Positions 1 to 15,149 of a stretch of 64,000 nt of DNA are shown here, one piece after another; within the stretch, counting starts at the first letter, position 1; every line of letters starts with the position of its first letter. The translations under genes and the position numbers were made by a program. This DNA is from an uncultured delta proteobacterium (lineage in GTDB: Bacteria > Myxococcota > Myxococcia > Myxococcales > Anaeromyxobacteraceae), in assembly GCA_963766715.1 (NCBI GenBank), contig CAVYBH010000001.1, positions 224,001 through 288,000 of the forward strand, in the 5' to 3' direction. The notes below the pieces were generated by a model. It was not told where the DNA came from. It made no database searches and saw only the letters and a program-made list of their open reading frames with translations.

Positions 1-16
1 GTGCTAAGGGACCCGG

Positions 17-832
17 GTGGCTGCACGCGACCAGGCCCGGGGCGACGGCGCCCCGTTCGACCTCCCCGGACGGCCGGGCGGGACGGACGCGGCCCTGCTC
101 CTGCACGGGCTCACCGGCACGCCCTTCGAGCTCCGGCCGGTGGCCGAGCGGCTCGCCCACGCCGGCGTGCGCTGCCTGGCCCCGGTGCTGCCCGGCCACG
201 AGAGCCCCGACGCGCTGGCCCGGACCTCCTGGCTCGACTGGGTGGCCGGCGGCCGCGAGGCGCTCGCCGCCCTCGGGGAGACCCGGCGCACGATGATCGT
301 CGGGTCGTCGATGGGGGCGCTCGTCGCCTGCGCGCTGGCGGCGGAGAGCCCGGGCCGGGTGGACGGCCTCGCGCTCCTCGCCCCGGCGCTCGAGCTCATG
401 CCGCTGGGGAACCTGGCCGGCTGGCTGGCCGGCCACACGCCGCTCGCCCGCCTCGTCCCGCACATCCCCAAGCGCGGCGGCTCCGACGTCTCCGACCCCG
501 CCATGCGCGCCGCCAACCCCTGCATGGACGCGGTCCCCTTCCGCGCCGTGGCCGAGCTCCAGGCCTTCCAGCGCCACGTCGACGCGCTGCTCCCGCGGGT
601 CCGCTGCCCGGCGCTCGTGGTGGCCGGCGCGCTCGACGGCACGGTGACGGTGGCCGGGGCGCGGCGCATGGCCGGCCGCCTGGGCGGGGGGGCGCGCTTC
701 GTGGTGCTCCAGCGCAGCCGCCACCTGGTGGGCATCGACGTCGAGCGGGACCGCTGCGCCGCCGACGTGTCCTCCTTCTTCGACTCCATTCCGGCGCGCG
801 GCGGCAGCCGCGTCGCCCCGACGGCGAGGTGA
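17..832 (+). CDS. alpha/beta hydrolase (carboxylesterase / monoacylglycerol lipase-like)
   Basis: LLLHGLTG oxyanion motif, GSSMG nucleophile elbow, C-terminal D...H; 3 bp upstream of glpK. Confidence 0.8.
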   Translation: MAARDQARGDGAPFDLPGRPGGTDAALLLHGLTGTPFELRPVAERLAHAGVRCLAPVLPGHESPDALARTSWLDWVAGGREALAALGETRRTMIVGSSMGALVACALAAESPGRVDGLALLAPALELMPLGNLAGWLAGHTPLARLVPHIPKRGGSDVSDPAMRAANPCMDAVPFRAVAELQAFQRHVDALLPRVRCPALVVAGALDGTVTVAGARRMAGRLGGGARFVVLQRSRHLVGIDVERDRCAADVSSFFDSIPARGGSRVAPTAR

Positions 833-835
833 CGC

Positions 836-2315
836 ATGGCGAAGTACGTCGTGGCCATCGATCAGGGCACCACCGGCACCACCGTGCTCGTGCTCGACAA
901 GAAGCTCGGCGTGAAGAGCAAGGTCACCCAGGAGTTCCCGCAGCACTTCCCGAAGCCGGGATGGGTGGAGCACGACCTCGAGGAGATTCTGGGACTCGAC
1001 CACCTCCACGCTGCGCCGCGCCCTCTCCCGCGCCGGCGTGTCCGGGCGCGACGTGGCGGCGGTCGGGCTCACCAACCAGCGCGAGACCGTGGCGCTGTGG
1101 AGCCGCCGCAGCGACGCCCCGCTCGCCCGGGCCATCGTCTGGCAGGACCGGCGCACCGCCATCGACTGCCAGCGGCTCCGCGAGGCCGGGCGGGAGCCCT
1201 GGATCCGGGAGCGCACCGGGCTCGTGCTCGACCCGTACTTCTCGGCCACCAAGCTGGCCTGGCTCCTCGACCACGTGAAGGGGGCGCGCAGCCGGGCCCG
1301 CAAGGGCGAGCTGGCCTTCGGGACCATCGACACCTTCCTGGCCTGGCGGCTCACCGGGGGGAAGGCCCACGTCACCGACCCGTCGAACGCCAGCCGCACC
1401 ATGCTGATGAACCTGCGCACGCTGGCCTGGGACCCGGAGCTGCTCGAGCTGTTCGGGATCCCGTCCGAGGTGCTGCCCGAGATCCGGATGAGCTCGGAGG
1501 TCTACGGCACGACGAAGGGGCTGCGGGTGCTCCCCGACGGCGTGCCGGTGGCGGGCATCGCCGGCGACCAGCAGGCGGCGCTCTTCGGCCAGGCCTGCTT
1601 CACCCCGGGTGACGCCAAGATCACCTACGGCACCGGCGCCTTCGTGCTCGCCAACACCGGCCCCGAGCCGGTGACCTCCCGGTTCGGGCTGCTCACCACG
1701 GTGGCCTGGTCCATCCCGGGCGAGGTGGCCTACGCGCTCGAGGGCTCGGCCTTCATCGCCGGCGCCGCCGTGCAGTGGCTCCGCGACGGGCTGGGGATCA
1801 TCCGCAGCGCCTCCGAGGTGGAGGCGCTGGCGCGCACCGTGCCCGACACCGGCGGGGTGGTCTTCGTGCCGGCCCTCACCGGCCTGGGCGCCCCCCACTG
1901 GCGCGCCGACGCCCGCGGCCTCATCTCCGGCATCGACCGGGGCACCCGCGCCGGGCACCTGGCCCGGGCGGCGCTCGAGGGCATCGCACTGGAGGTGTAC
2001 GACCTGGTCACCGCCATGCGCCAGGAGATCCCCCACCGGCCCACGGCGGCGAAGGTCGACGGCGGCGCGTGCAAGAACGACCTGCTCATGCAGCTGCAGG
2101 CCGACCTGCTCGACGTCCCGGTGGTCCGGCCGAAGATGGTGGAGACCACCTCGCTCGGCGCCGCCTTCCTGGCGGGGCTGGCGGTGGGCTACTGGAAGTC
2201 GCGCGACGAGATTGGCCGGGCCTGGAAGATGGACCGGCGCTTCAAGCCGAGGATGAGCGGGGAGGCCCGCGACCGCATGCACGAGCGCTGGAAGCGGGCG
2301 CTCGAGCGGGCCTGA
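836..2315 (+). CDS. glpK: glycerol kinase (one frameshift near 987, probably a sequencing error)
   Basis: [55 protein letters not shown] motifs split over ORFs 836..1612 and 1038..2315. Confidence 0.95.
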
Positions 2316-2356
2316 CCTCACGGGAGGGGGGAGGCGGCGAGGGCCGCCGCGGCGGA

Positions 2357-3613
2357 TCACGGCGCCGGGACGGCCCGGATCGCGTGGAGCGTCCCCGCGT
2401 AGTCCACCACGTACAGCTCGCCGTCGTTCCCCTCGGCGAACGACGAGATGGCGTGGGAGGTCGTGGCGAGGGGGATCGGCGTCCGGCTGCCGGAGGGGTC
2501 GGCCATCCAGATCCGGCCGCTGCCGAAGTCGCCGAAGACGTAGCGCCCCACCAGCCCGGGCATGGCGCTGCCCCGGTAGACGTAGCCGCCGGTGACGGCC
2601 GAGCCCTGCGAGTGGTCGTACTCGGAGACGGGGTCGACGAGCCCCGCGGTGGGGCAGCCGGTGGCCGGGTCGTAGCAGTGCGCGCCCTCGCGGAAGCGCC
2701 AGCCGTAGTCGGCGCCCCGGACGACGACGTCGATCTCCTCCCACGCGCCCTGGCCGACGTCGCCCACCCAGAGCTGCCCGGTCTGGCGGTCGAAGCTCCA
2801 GCGCCAGGGATTGCGGAAGCCCCAGGCGAAGATCTCCGGGCAGCTGGACGCGCCGCTCCCGGTGGCGCCGCAGGTCGCGTTGCCGGCGAACGGGTTCCCG
2901 GCCGCGCCGCCCGGGATCGCGTAGGGAGCGCCCCCGTCCACGTCGATGCGCAGCATCTTCCCGAGCAGCGTGGTCAGGGTCTGGCCGTTGTCGAGCGGAT
3001 CGCCGCCCGAGCCGCCGTCCCCGTACCCGGCGTAGAGGAAGCCGTCCGGGCCGAAGGCCACCTGCCCGCCCTTGTGGTTGGCGAAGGGCTGGTTCACCCG
3101 CAGCAACACCCGCTCGCTCCCCGGGTCGAGCGTGGCGCCGCCGTCCGGCGTGGTGAGCTCGGAGATGCGCGACTGGAGCGCGCCCGCCACGGTGGCGGTG
3201 TACGAGAGGTAGACGCGCGGGTTCGCCGGGAAGCGGGGGTGGAAGGCCATGCCCAGCAGGCCGGCCTCGCCTCCCGAGGTGACGCCGGGCAGCGCGACGA
3301 AGACGCTCGACGTCGCGACCCCCGGCTGGTTCGCGAAGACCCGGACCGTCCCCGCCTGCTCGACGACGAACCACCGCGACGCGTCGCGGGGCGCCTGCAG
3401 GAGCGCCACCGGGCTCGAGAAGGTGAGCCCCGGGAAGACCCGCTGGGTGGTCACCGCGGTGACGGGGACGACCGGCGGAGACGGGGGTGCCTGGGACGAT
3501 CCCCCGCAGGCGGAGAGGGCGACGAGCGTCGGACCGAGAGGGCGAGCGGCCGAGAGTCCGGGGCACGGTACCGGAGCCAATACCTGCGCCCCGGGCGCCT
3601 CCGGTCGCACCAC
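2357..3613 (-). CDS. PQQ-dependent sugar dehydrogenase family (glucose/sorbosone dehydrogenase) lipoprotein; start uncertain
   Basis: [59 protein letters not shown] lipobox. Confidence 0.85.
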   Translation of the reverse strand: MVRPEAPGAQVLAPVPCPGLSAARPLGPTLVALSACGGSSQAPPSPPVVPVTAVTTQRVFPGLTFSSPVALLQAPRDASRWFVVEQAGTVRVFANQPGVATSSVFVALPGVTSGGEAGLLGMAFHPRFPANPRVYLSYTATVAGALQSRISELTTPDGGATLDPGSERVLLRVNQPFANHKGGQVAFGPDGFLYAGYGDGGSGGDPLDNGQTLTTLLGKMLRIDVDGGAPYAIPGGAAGNPFAGNATCGATGSGASSCPEIFAWGFRNPWRWSFDRQTGQLWVGDVGQGAWEEIDVVVRGADYGWRFREGAHCYDPATGCPTAGLVDPVSEYDHSQGSAVTGGYVYRGSAMPGLVGRYVFGDFGSGRIWMADPSGSRTPIPLATTSHAISSFAEGNDGELYVVDYAGTLHAIRAVPAP

Positions 3614-3631
3614 ATGGGGGTACCGGAACGC

Positions 3632-5011
3632 TTACTCCAGCCGGTCGAGCGCCTCGGAGACCGTCTCCACGCCGATGACCTCCATGCCGGCGGGGGCCTC
3701 GACGTGCCGGGCGTTCCCGGCCGGGACCACGGCGCGCCGGAAGCCCAGCCGCGCCGCCTCCGAGAGCCGGGCCTCGCCCTGCGCGACGGCGCGCACCTCG
3801 CCCGCCAGCCCCACCTCGCCCAGCACCAGCGTCCGGGCGTCGATGACCTTGTCGCGGAAGGAGGAGGCGAGCGCCGCCACCGTGGCCAGGTCGGCGGCGG
3901 GGTCCTCGAGCGTCATGCCGCCGGCCACGTTCACGAAGAGGTCGCAGCCCAGGATGTCGAGGCCGACCTTCTTCTCGAGCACCGCGGCGAGCAGGGCCAC
4001 GCGCGCCGGGTCGAGCCCGAGCGCGGTGCGGCGGGGGGTGCCGAAGCCGGTGGGCGCCACCAGCGCCTGCACCTCGACGAGCAGGGTGCGCGTCCCGGAG
4101 AGCGCCGCGGTGACCGCGCTCCCGGCCGCGTCCTGGGGGCGCTCGGCCAGGAAGAGCGCCGACGGGTTCGCCACCTCGGAGAGGCCGCGCGACTTCATCT
4201 CGAAGACGCCGATCTCGCTGGCCGAGCCGAAGCGGTTCTTGTGGGCGCGCAGCACGCGGTACGGGTGGGCGCCGCCCCCCTCGAAGTAGAGCACCGTGTC
4301 GACGATGTGCTCGAGCACGCGCGGCCCGGCGATGGAGCCGTCCTTCGTGACGTGCCCCACCAGGAAGACCGGCGTCTCGGAGGTCTTGGCGTAGCCCATC
4401 AGGCGCGCCGCCACCTCGCGGATCTGGGTCACCGTCCCGGGCGCCGACGAGAGCTCGGGCAGGTACTGGGTCTGGATCGAGTCGACCGCCAGGATGGCCG
4501 GCTCGAGCTGGGAGGCGACGTGGAGCACGCGGGAGGCGTCGGTCTCGGCCAGCAGGTGGAGGTTCTCCGCGTCGACCCCCAGCCGGTCGGCCCGCAGCTT
4601 CACCTGCCGCGCCGACTCCTCGCCGGTCACGTAGAGCACCGGGCGGCCGGAGAGCTGCTTCGCCAGCCGGTCGAGCGCGGTGAGGAGCAGCGTGCTCTTG
4701 CCGATGCCCGGGTCGCCGCCCAGGAGCACGAGCATCCCGGGCACCACGCCGCCGCCCAGCACCCGGTCGAGCTCGCCGATGCCGGTCCGGATGCGCTCGT
4801 CCTCGCTCGCCACCACCTCGCGCAGCGGGATGGGCTTCGCCGCCGAGGCGGCCGAGGGGACGCGGGACGCACTGTGGACGTCCGGCGCGACCTCCTCGTG
4901 GAGGGTGTTCCAGCGGTGGCAGGAGGGGCACTGGCCGAGCCATTTCGGGGAGGAATGCCCACACTCCGCGCAGGCATAGACGCTTTTCTGGCGGGGGGCG
5001 GGGCGGGCCAT
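3632..5011 (-). CDS. radA: DNA repair protein RadA/Sms
   Basis: C4 zinc finger (CAECG...QCPSC), [11 protein letters not shown]alker A, KNRFG, Lon-like C-terminus. Confidence 0.97.
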   Translation of the reverse strand: MARPAPRQKSVYACAECGHSSPKWLGQCPSCHRWNTLHEEVAPDVHSASRVPSAASAAKPIPLREVVASEDERIRTGIGELDRVLGGGVVPGMLVLLGGDPGIGKSTLLLTALDRLAKQLSGRPVLYVTGEESARQVKLRADRLGVDAENLHLLAETDASRVLHVASQLEPAILAVDSIQTQYLPELSSAPGTVTQIREVAARLMGYAKTSETPVFLVGHVTKDGSIAGPRVLEHIVDTVLYFEGGGAHPYRVLRAHKNRFGSASEIGVFEMKSRGLSEVANPSALFLAERPQDAAGSAVTAALSGTRTLLVEVQALVAPTGFGTPRRTALGLDPARVALLAAVLEKKVGLDILGCDLFVNVAGGMTLEDPAADLATVAALASSFRDKVIDARTLVLGEVGLAGEVRAVAQGEARLSEAARLGFRRAVVPAGNARHVEAPAGMEVIGVETVSEALDRLE

Positions 5012-5079
5012 GCGCGGACCTTGCCATGCAACCCTGACGCCGGCCTGGCGCGGCCCGGACGCCGGAGCCGGCGGCCGAG

Positions 5080-5111
5080 TCGTCAACCCTCGCGTCGCGG
5101 CGGGTTGACGA
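5080..5111. promoter_or_regulatory. BirA-type biotin operator overlapping the bioB -35 box
   Basis: Inverted repeat TCGTCAACC-N14-GGTTGACGA just upstream of bioB; matches the known BirA architecture TGT(A/C)AACC-N14/15-GGTT(T/G)ACA. Confidence 0.8.
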
Positions 5112-5132
5112 CGGTCATGGGGCGGGTATCCT
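5105..5132 (+). promoter_or_regulatory. sigma70-like promoter of bioB-bioF
   Basis: TTGACG-16 nt-TATCCT, 8 nt before the ATG at 5141. Confidence 0.6.
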
Positions 5133-5140
5133 CCGGCCCC

Positions 5141-6223
5141 ATGTGCGAGACCCGCGCCGCGCTGCCCCCCGGAATCGAGCCCATCTCCGCCGACGAGGCC
5201 CGCCGCCTCATCCGGCTCACCTCCGGCCCCGAGTTCGAGGCGCTGCTCGACCGCGCCGGCCGGATCCGGCACGCCGTCCACGGCGACGAGGTGAGCCTGT
5301 GCGGGATCACCAACGCCAAGTCGGGCCTCTGCCCGGAGGACTGCGGCTTCTGCTCCCAGTCGGCCCACTACAAGGACGCCGACGCGCCGGTCTACTCGCT
5401 CCTCACCGCCCGCGAGATGCTCGAGCAGGCCAAGGCCGCCGAGGCCGCCGGCGCCCGCGAGTTCTCCATCGTGTGCAGCGGCACGCGGGTCTCCAAGGAG
5501 GAGGAGCTCTCGGTCATCGAGGAGGCCATCCGGCTCATCAAGGCCGAGACCACCGTCGAGCCCTGCGCCTCGCTCGGCCTCATGAAGGAGGCGGACATCG
5601 CGCGCCTCAAGGCCGCCGGCCTCATGCACCTGCACCACAACCTCGAGACCGCCCCCAGCCACTTCGACCAGGTCTGCACCACCCACACCTTCCAGGAGCA
5701 GATCGACACGGTCCGCTCGGCGAAGGGGCTCGGCCTCAAGCTCTGCACCGGCGGCATCCTCGGCATGGGCGAGTCCCCGGACCAGCGGGTCGAGCTCGCC
5801 GAGGTGCTGCGCGACCTCGACGTGGACTGCGTCCCGGTGAACTTCCTGAACCCGCGCCCCGGCACGCCCATGGGCCACCTCAAGGCCATCAGCGCCGAGG
5901 AGTGCCTGGCCGCCGTCGCCGTCTTCCGGCTCATGATGCCCACCGCGCACATCTTCGTGATGGGTGGACGGGAAGTGAACCTGGGCGGCCGGCAGGACGA
6001 CATCTTCCGCGCCGGGGCGAACGGCACCATGGTGGGCAACTACCTGACCAGCGCCGGCAAGACCCCGGAGCAGGTGGTCGAGATGATCACCGGCCAGGGA
6101 ATGACGGTGCGCCCCACGCCCGACGCCGAGCACTGGGCCTTCCACGGGGACGCGCCGGCCGAGACCAACTGGAACCGCAGGGCCACCGAGCCGGGGCGCC
6201 GCTCGCTGCGGGTGGTCCGGTAA
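5141..6223 (+). CDS. bioB: biotin synthase
   Basis: Radical [11 protein letters not shown] motif, [35 protein letters not shown]. Confidence 0.97.
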   Translation: MCETRAALPPGIEPISADEARRLIRLTSGPEFEALLDRAGRIRHAVHGDEVSLCGITNAKSGLCPEDCGFCSQSAHYKDADAPVYSLLTAREMLEQAKAAEAAGAREFSIVCSGTRVSKEEELSVIEEAIRLIKAETTVEPCASLGLMKEADIARLKAAGLMHLHHNLETAPSHFDQVCTTHTFQEQIDTVRSAKGLGLKLCTGGILGMGESPDQRVELAEVLRDLDVDCVPVNFLNPRPGTPMGHLKAISAEECLAAVAVFRLMMPTAHIFVMGGREVNLGGRQDDIFRAGANGTMVGNYLTSAGKTPEQVVEMITGQGMTVRPTPDAEHWAFHGDAPAETNWNRRATEPGRRSLRVVR

Positions 6224-6225
6224 GG

Positions 6226-7398
6226 GTGGCGGCCGACCGGCTCGACTGGATCCCCGGCGAGCTCGAGTCCCTGGAGCGCCAGGGGCTCCGCCGCCGGCTG
6301 GAGCCGATCTCCGGCCCGCAGGGCGACACCGTCGAGGTCGACGGGCGCTCGCTCGTCAACCTCTGCTCGAACGACTACCTGGGGCTCGCCACCGATCCGC
6401 GCCTCCGCCACGCCGCCATCGAGGCGGTGAAGCGGGAAGGGGCGGGGGCCGGGGCGGCGCGGCTCGTGGTGGGGGACCTCGCCATCCACCACCGGCTGGA
6501 GGAGCGGCTCGCCCGGATGAAGGGGACGGAGGCGGCGCTCCTCTTCTCCTCCGGCTACCACGTGAACGCCGGCGTGGTGGGCGCGCTGGTGGGCAGCGGC
6601 GACGCCGTCTTCTCCGACGCGTGGAACCACGCCTCCATCATCGACGGCTGCCGGCTCTCCCGGGCCGAGGTGCAGGTCTACCCGCACCGGGACGTCGACG
6701 CGCTGGCGAGCCGGCTCGCGGCCTCGAAGGCCCGCCGCAAGCTGGTGGCCACCGACGCCGTCTTCGGCATGGACGGGGACGCCGCGCCGCTCCGCGAGAT
6801 CGTCGACCTCTGCGAGCGGCACGGGGCCATGCTCTACCTCGACGAGGCCCACTCCACCGGCGTCCTGGGCGAGACCGGCGCCGGGCTGGCCGAGGCGCTC
6901 GGCGTCACCGATCGCGTCGACGTGCTCATGGGGACGCTGGGCAAGGCGCTCGGCAGCTTCGGCGCCTTCGTGGCCGGGTCGCGCCCGCTCTGCGACTGGC
7001 TGGTCTGCCGGGCCCGCACCTTCATCTTCACCACCGCGCTGCCGCCGTCCGCCTGCGGGGCGGCCCTGGCCGCCCTCGACGTGCTCGAGGGGGAGCCGGA
7101 GCGGCGCCGCCGCCTGGACGCGCTCTCCACGCGCATGAAGGCCGGGCTCGAGGCGATGGGCTTCCCCATGAAGGACGTGGTGGCCCCCATCTTCCCGGTG
7201 ATCCTGGGCGAGGAGACCCGCGCGCTCGAGGCCTCGCGGCGGCTGCGGGAGCGGGGCTACCTCGTGAAGGCCATCCGGCCGCCCACCGTGCCGCGCGGCA
7301 CGAGCCGGCTGCGGGTCTCGATCGGGGCGAGCCACGCCCCCGAGCAGGTCGACGGCTTCCTGGCCGCGCTGAAGGACGTGCTCTCTGCGCTAGGGTAG
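6226..7398 (+). CDS. bioF: 8-amino-7-oxononanoate synthase
   Basis: SNDYLGL, NHASIIDG, FGMDGD, DEAH, GTLGKALG, IRPPTVP; follows bioB. Confidence 0.95.
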   Translation: MAADRLDWIPGELESLERQGLRRRLEPISGPQGDTVEVDGRSLVNLCSNDYLGLATDPRLRHAAIEAVKREGAGAGAARLVVGDLAIHHRLEERLARMKGTEAALLFSSGYHVNAGVVGALVGSGDAVFSDAWNHASIIDGCRLSRAEVQVYPHRDVDALASRLAASKARRKLVATDAVFGMDGDAAPLREIVDLCERHGAMLYLDEAHSTGVLGETGAGLAEALGVTDRVDVLMGTLGKALGSFGAFVAGSRPLCDWLVCRARTFIFTTALPPSACGAALAALDVLEGEPERRRRLDALSTRMKAGLEAMGFPMKDVVAPIFPVILGEETRALEASRRLRERGYLVKAIRPPTVPRGTSRLRVSIGASHAPEQVDGFLAALKDVLSALG

Positions 7399-7403
7399 GG
7401 GGC

Positions 7404-8383
7404 ATGACCCCTCCCAGCGTCCACGTCGTGTTCGGTGCCGGGCAGGTCGGCCTGCCGCTCGCCCGGTTGCTCGCCTCCCGGGGCCACGAGGTCCGGCTGG
7501 TGAGCCGATCCGGGAAGCCCTTGCAGGGCGGCAACGGCGGGAATCCAGGTGGTCGGGGCCGACGCCATGGACCTCGCCGCCTGCCGGTCGGCCGTGGCCC
7601 GCGCGGCCGCGGTCTACCACTGCATGAATCCGAAGTACGAGGCGGCAGCCTGGGAGCGGGAGCTGCCCCGCATCCAGGAGAACCTGATCGCCGCCACCGG
7701 GGAGGCCGGCGCCCGCCTGGTCGTCCTCGACAACCTGTACGCGGTCGGGCGCACCGGCGGCCGGCCCATGGACGGGGACGCGCCCGACGCGCCGTGCAGC
7801 CGGAAGGGAGCGGCCCGGGCCCGCCTCGCCGCCTCCCTGCGCGAGGCCGTGCGGCGGGGCGACGTGCGCGCCGTCACCGGCCGGGCCTCCGACTTCTTCG
7901 GCCCCGGGGGCCTGCAGACCCACTTCGGGGAACGCTTCTGGACGCGGCTCCTGGCCGGCAAGGGAGCCGAGGTGCTGGGCGATCCGGACCAGCCCCACAC
8001 CTATCACTTCCTCCCCGACGTGGCGGCCGGCCTGGCGGCGCTGGGCGAGGCCACCGACGCGGCCTGCGGGGCCGCGACCGGGGCCGCCTGGATCCTCCCC
8101 TGCGCTCCGGCCGGGACCACGCGCGACCTCGTCGCCGGGTTCGCCGCCGCGCTCGGGCGTCCCGTCGAGGTGCGCCGGATGCCGCGACTCCTGGTGAAGG
8201 TGCTGGGGCTCTTCGTCGCGCCGCTCCGCGAGGTCGGACGAGATGCTCTACCAGTGGGACGAGCCCTTCGTGGCCGACGACCGGGCCATCCGGACCCGCC
8301 TCGGCGCGCTGCCCACCCCGCCGGAGGAGGCGGCGCGGCGGACCGTGGCCTGGGCCGTGGCGAACTACGGCAGGCCGGCCTAG
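7404..8383 (+). CDS. NAD(P)-dependent epimerase/dehydratase family (frameshifts near 7540 and 8238)
   Basis: VVFGAGQVG Rossmann start, DNLYA, RASDFFGPG, EMLYQWDEPF recovered across frames. Confidence 0.75.
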
Positions 8384-8386
8384 GCG

Positions 8387-9592
8387 CTACACCCGCTCGA
8401 CCTGGTACTCGCGCTCGCGCAGCGCGCCGAGGATCTCCTCGACGTGCTCGGGGCCGCGGGCCTCCAGCGTGAGGAGCAGCGTGGTGTCGCCGAACCGCTC
8501 GCTGAAGGCGCGCGAGTGGTGCACCTCGATGACGTTGGCGCGCAGGCCGGAGATGATGCCGGAGACGATGGTCAGCTGGCCGGGCTTGTCGAGCAGCCGG
8601 ATGTTGATGCGGACCAGCCGTCCGTCCTTCACCAGGCCGCGCTCGATGACCCGGGCCACCACGTTCACGTCGATGTTGCCGCCGGAGATGACCGAGCAGA
8701 CCCGCTTCCCCTCCAGCTTCGGGAGCCGGTGGTGCATGAGGGCGGCCACGCCCACCGCCCCGGCCCCCTCCACCACGGTCTTCTCCTTCTCGAGCAGGTA
8801 GAGGATCGACGAGGCGATCTCCTCCTCGGTGACCGTGACGATCTCGTCGACCAGGGCCTGCACGTGCTCGAAGGTGATCTCGCCGGCCCGCTTCACCGCG
8901 ATGCCGTCCGCCAGCGTCGAGGCCGCCGGGAGCGTCACCAGCTCGCCCGCCTCCACCGCCGCCTGCATGCAGGGCAGCACGTCGGCCTCCACGCCGATCA
9001 CCTTCACCGACGGGCACAGGGCCTTCACCGCCACCGCGACCCCGGAGACGAGCCCTCCGCCGCCCACCGGCACGAGGATGGCGTCGAGCCCGGGCACCTG
9101 CTCGACCACCTCCAGCCCCAGCGTGCCCTGGCCGGCGATGATCGCCTCGTCGTCGAAGGGGTGGACGAAGGTCAGCCCCTCCTCCCGCTCCAGGCGGCGG
9201 GCCTCCGAGTAGGCCTCGTCGTAGTTGGAGCCGGAGAGCACCACCCGCGCGCCGTGGCCGCGGGTGTTCGCCACCTTCATGATCGGGGTGGTCTCCGGCA
9301 TGACGATGGTGGCCAGCACCCCGAGGCGCCCGGCGTGGTAGGCCACGGCCTGGGCGTGGTTGCCGGCCGAGGCGGCGATGAGGCCGCGGGCCCGCTCCGA
9401 TTCACTCAGGGTGAGCAGCTTGTTGAGGGCGCCCCGCTCCTTGTAGGCGCCCGTCATCTGCAGGTTGTCGAGCTTGAGGAACGCCTGCGTGCGCGTGAGG
9501 CGCGAGAGCGTCTCGGAGCGCGCGCAGGGGGACAGGTAGAGGGCGTCGCGGACGCGTTCCCGCGCCGCCTGCACGTCTTTCAGTGTGACCAC
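8387..9592 (-). CDS. ilvA: threonine ammonia-lyase with C-terminal ACT domain
   Basis: TGAYKERGA (PLP lysine), ASAGNHAQ, VHPFDD, VGGGGL, SGGNID; ACT domain DKPGQL. Confidence 0.92.
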   Translation of the reverse strand: MVTLKDVQAARERVRDALYLSPCARSETLSRLTRTQAFLKLDNLQMTGAYKERGALNKLLTLSESERARGLIAASAGNHAQAVAYHAGRLGVLATIVMPETTPIMKVANTRGHGARVVLSGSNYDEAYSEARRLEREEGLTFVHPFDDEAIIAGQGTLGLEVVEQVPGLDAILVPVGGGGLVSGVAVAVKALCPSVKVIGVEADVLPCMQAAVEAGELVTLPAASTLADGIAVKRAGEITFEHVQALVDEIVTVTEEEIASSILYLLEKEKTVVEGAGAVGVAALMHHRLPKLEGKRVCSVISGGNIDVNVVARVIERGLVKDGRLVRINIRLLDKPGQLTIVSGIISGLRANVIEVHHSRAFSERFGDTTLLLTLEARGPEHVEEILGALREREYQVERV

Positions 9593-9601
9593 GAACGGAG
9601 G

Positions 9602-10126
9602 CTACCGGCTGGAGAGCCGGCGCGCCAGTTCGACCCGGTTTCGGACCCCGAGCTTGTCGAAGATGGTCTTCAGGTGGCTCTTCACCGTCTGCGGGGCGAT
9701 GGCCAGGCGCTCGGCGACCTCGCGGCTGCGAAGTCCGTCGGCGACCAGCAGCGCCACCTCGCGCTCGCGCTGGGTGAGGCCGTCGGAGGTGGCCTCCTCG
9801 ACCGCGGCCGGGCTCTCCACCACGCCGGGCAGGACCTCGCGCCAGAGGTGGAACTGTGTCCGGCCCTTGCCCACCGCGGTGGCCTCGACGCGGAGCCGCT
9901 CGCCGGCCTGCTCCATGATGAGCGTGCGACGCACGCCCGGAGGACCGACCTGGGCGCCGTCCGCCAGTCCGCGGAGCTCCGCGGGCATGGAGACCGAGTC
10001 TGCTGCGCTGGGCCAAAACGCCCTAAGCATCTCTTCACCTGCCCGGTCGCAGCGCAGCAACCCATCACCCTCGGATGTGGCCGAGGCGCCGCGAGGCAAC
10101 ACCCGTGCATTTGCCCGCATCATCAT
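9602..10126 (-). CDS. LuxR-family helix-turn-helix regulator
   Basis: LTQREREVALLVADGLRSREVAERLAIAPQTVKSHLKTIFDKLGV; GGAGG SD before the ATG at 10126. Confidence 0.85.
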   Translation of the reverse strand: MMMRANARVLPRGASATSEGDGLLRCDRAGEEMLRAFWPSAADSVSMPAELRGLADGAQVGPPGVRRTLIMEQAGERLRVEATAVGKGRTQFHLWREVLPGVVESPAAVEEATSDGLTQREREVALLVADGLRSREVAERLAIAPQTVKSHLKTIFDKLGVRNRVELARRLSSR

Positions 10127-10263
10127 GGCTTCGTCCCCTCCCCCTGCTGCAATCTCTCGCAGTAGAGTCAGTCTAGCACCTACACACACTCACGGGGGGG
10201 GTCGCTACCCTGAACGAGGTACACTCCCTGATGGGTGCAGGTTCAACTTATTATCTACCCCCA

Positions 10264-11462
10264 ATGTCCATTTCAGCGCCGCCAGAGCCTTCAACCCCCG
10301 GAGATCCGGGGCAGGGGCAAATCGCCCCCGGGCTGGTGCTGCTGCTCGCTTTCACGGCCGCGGCCACGGTCGCGAACCTCTACTACGCCCAGCCGCTCCT
10401 CCCGGAGATGGCCCGCTCCCTCGGGGTGAACGCGCGGACCGTCGGTTGGGTTCCCGTCCTGACGCAGGTGGGCTACGCAGTTGGGCTATTCCTCTTCATC
10501 CCGCTCGGAGATGCGGTCGAGCGGCGCCGGCTCATCCTGACCCTGGTGCTGGCCTCCGCGGCCGCGCTGGCCGGGGCCGCCGCCGCTCCGGGCATGGCCT
10601 GGCTCGCGGTCGCCAGCCTGGCGGTGGGGGGCTTCACGGTGGTGCCCCACGTGGCGGTGCCGCTCGCCGCCCACCTGGCCGCTCCCAGCCAGCGGGGCCG
10701 GGTCATCGGATTCATCATGAGCGGGGTGCTGGCGGGGATCCTGCTCGCCCGGACCTTCTCCGGCCTGGTGGGGGGCGCGCTGGGCTGGCGGACCGTCTAC
10801 GCCATCGCCGCGGCCGGGATGGTGGCGCTCGCCATCGCGCTCGCCCGCCTGCTCCCGCACGCGCCGCCCGAGCGCGCCGTGCGCTACCCGGAGCTGCTCG
10901 CGTCGCTCTGGACGCTCGTCCGTCGCGAGAGGGAGCTGCGCCAGGCCTCGCTCGTCGGCGCCGCCGTCTTCGGGGCCTTCAGCGTCTTCTGGACCACGCT
11001 CGCCTTCTTCCTCGAGACGCCGCCCTACCACTGGGGCGCCGAGGGAGCCGGCCTCTTCGGCCTGGTGGGGCTGGCCGGCGCGCTCACCGCGCCCATGGTG
11101 GGCCGGGTGGCCGACCGGCGCGGGGCGCGCTTCGCCACCGGCCTGGCGCTCGCCGTGGCGCTCTCCTCCTTCGCGCTCTTCGCGCTCGGGGGAAGGAACC
11201 TGGCCGGCCTCGTCCTGGGCGTCGTGCTGCTCGACGTGGGGATCCAGTCGGCCCACGTCTGCAACCTGGCCCGCGTCCACGCCCTCGACCCGGGCGCGCG
11301 CAGCCGGCGCAACACCGTCTACATGGTGTCGTACTTCGCCGGAGGGGCGCTCGGGACCTGGCTCGGCGTGCGGGCCTGGGTGCGGTTCGGCTGGATGGGC
11401 GTGTGCGCGGCCGGCGCGGCCTTCCTGCTCGCCGCGCTGCTCGCCTGGTGGCCGAAGGGGCG

Positions 11463-11466
<4 letters not shown>
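10264..11466 (+). CDS. MFS transporter (YnfM-like); no stop codon at the expected end, so the ORF runs on to 12045
   Basis: ANLYYAQPLL, PLGDAVERRR, GILLARTFSG, NTVYMVSYFAGGALG; about 12 hydrophobic segments. Confidence 0.85.
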
Positions 11467-15063
<3,597 letters not shown>

Positions 15064-15149
15064 GGTGCGGCACCCCCTGGGGGCTGCTTAGATAGCACCC
15101 GGGTCTGACCGCTTCCACCCGTGCTCCCCCCTTCCTGGAAGGTGCCGCG

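Noticed and set aside
924..6223. Very long ORFs in alternative frames (e.g. 924..5027 -, and the part of 1775..6223 + upstream of bioB)
   Set aside because: Arg/Pro/Gly-rich shadow frames typical of high-GC DNA, overlapping well-supported genes.
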